Virus record (IMG/VR): IMGVR_UViG_3300032020_000845
Span: 42,980 to 106,979 of that record
Direction: 5' to 3' (one strand)
DNA length: 64,000 nt
From: a virus
Below, in pieces: positions 63,889-64,000 of this stretch (its first letter is position 1; every line of letters starts with the position of its first letter). A program made the translations under genes and the position numbers. The notes below the pieces were generated by a model. The model did no database searches, was not told where the DNA came from, and worked only from the letters and a program-made list of their open reading frames with translations.

Positions 63889-64000
63889 AAGAGATTAAAA
63901 AGGGAATGCAAGTCAAAGTTAGGGGAAAAAGTGTAAGGCAGCAAGGGGAAGTAATTGCAATTTTTCCTCCAAACTGGATACAAGTAGACTTTGGATATAT
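63879..64000 (+). CDS. Partial KOW/SH3-like ORF running off the window
   Basis: SD AAGGAG; MELEEIKKGMQVKVRG...GEVIAIF. Confidence 0.45.
   Translation, partial: MELEEIKKGMQVKVRGKSVRQQGEVIAIFPPNWIQVDFGY

Noticed and set aside
1-64000. tRNA, rRNA, CRISPR array, reverse transcriptase/DGR, integrase, portal or major capsid gene
   Set aside because: None was recognised by eye and intergenic spaces are mostly too short; a covariance/HMM scan would be needed to exclude divergent cases.

Overview
AT-rich (roughly 30% GC by eye), gene-dense segment with essentially all genes on the + strand in the standard code. It is best read as part of a large tailed-phage genome. Layout: (i) 1-4.8 kb, 7-deazaguanine/nucleotide genes (QueD 3' end, FolE2, RNase HII, QueE, PRTase, QueC, DUF366, HAD, dUTPase); (ii) 5-8 kb, dockerin lipoproteins and a permuted papain-like amidase; (iii) 8-27 kb, replication/recombination genes (UDG-PolA fusion, TGT/DpdA-like protein plus P-loop kinase, RecA, SSB candidate, split SbcC, SbcD, DnaG core, resolvase-like nuclease, AAA+ ATPase); (iv) 27.5-50.4 kb, packaging region in which TerS-like and intein-containing TerL genes are flanked by four giant ORFs (967, 1393, 1479 and 1873 aa); (v) 50-61 kb, accessory and lysis genes (PQ-loop, metallophosphoesterase, trypsin-like protease, MgtC, ThyX, SpoVG, amidase, holin-like, SWIB mini-protein, 3D protein, TSCPD fragment); (vi) a poorly coding gap followed by promoter-led small genes. 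The most striking observation is that the four giant ORFs are strings of mostly short, often acidic modules separated by about 45 copies of a basic linker ending in K-x-A. The linker has two dialects: (KE)AS-x-(K)KTA in the first pair and L-[SN]-M-R-K-[KT]-A in the second. Modules recur between genes and include a Pol-beta-type nucleotidyltransferase, a half-ferritin, LRV repeats and two unrecognised repeated domains. This suggests a protease-processed or capsid-targeted cargo polyprotein system; that function is inferred, not demonstrated. All family calls come from motif recognition by eye, with no database searches.
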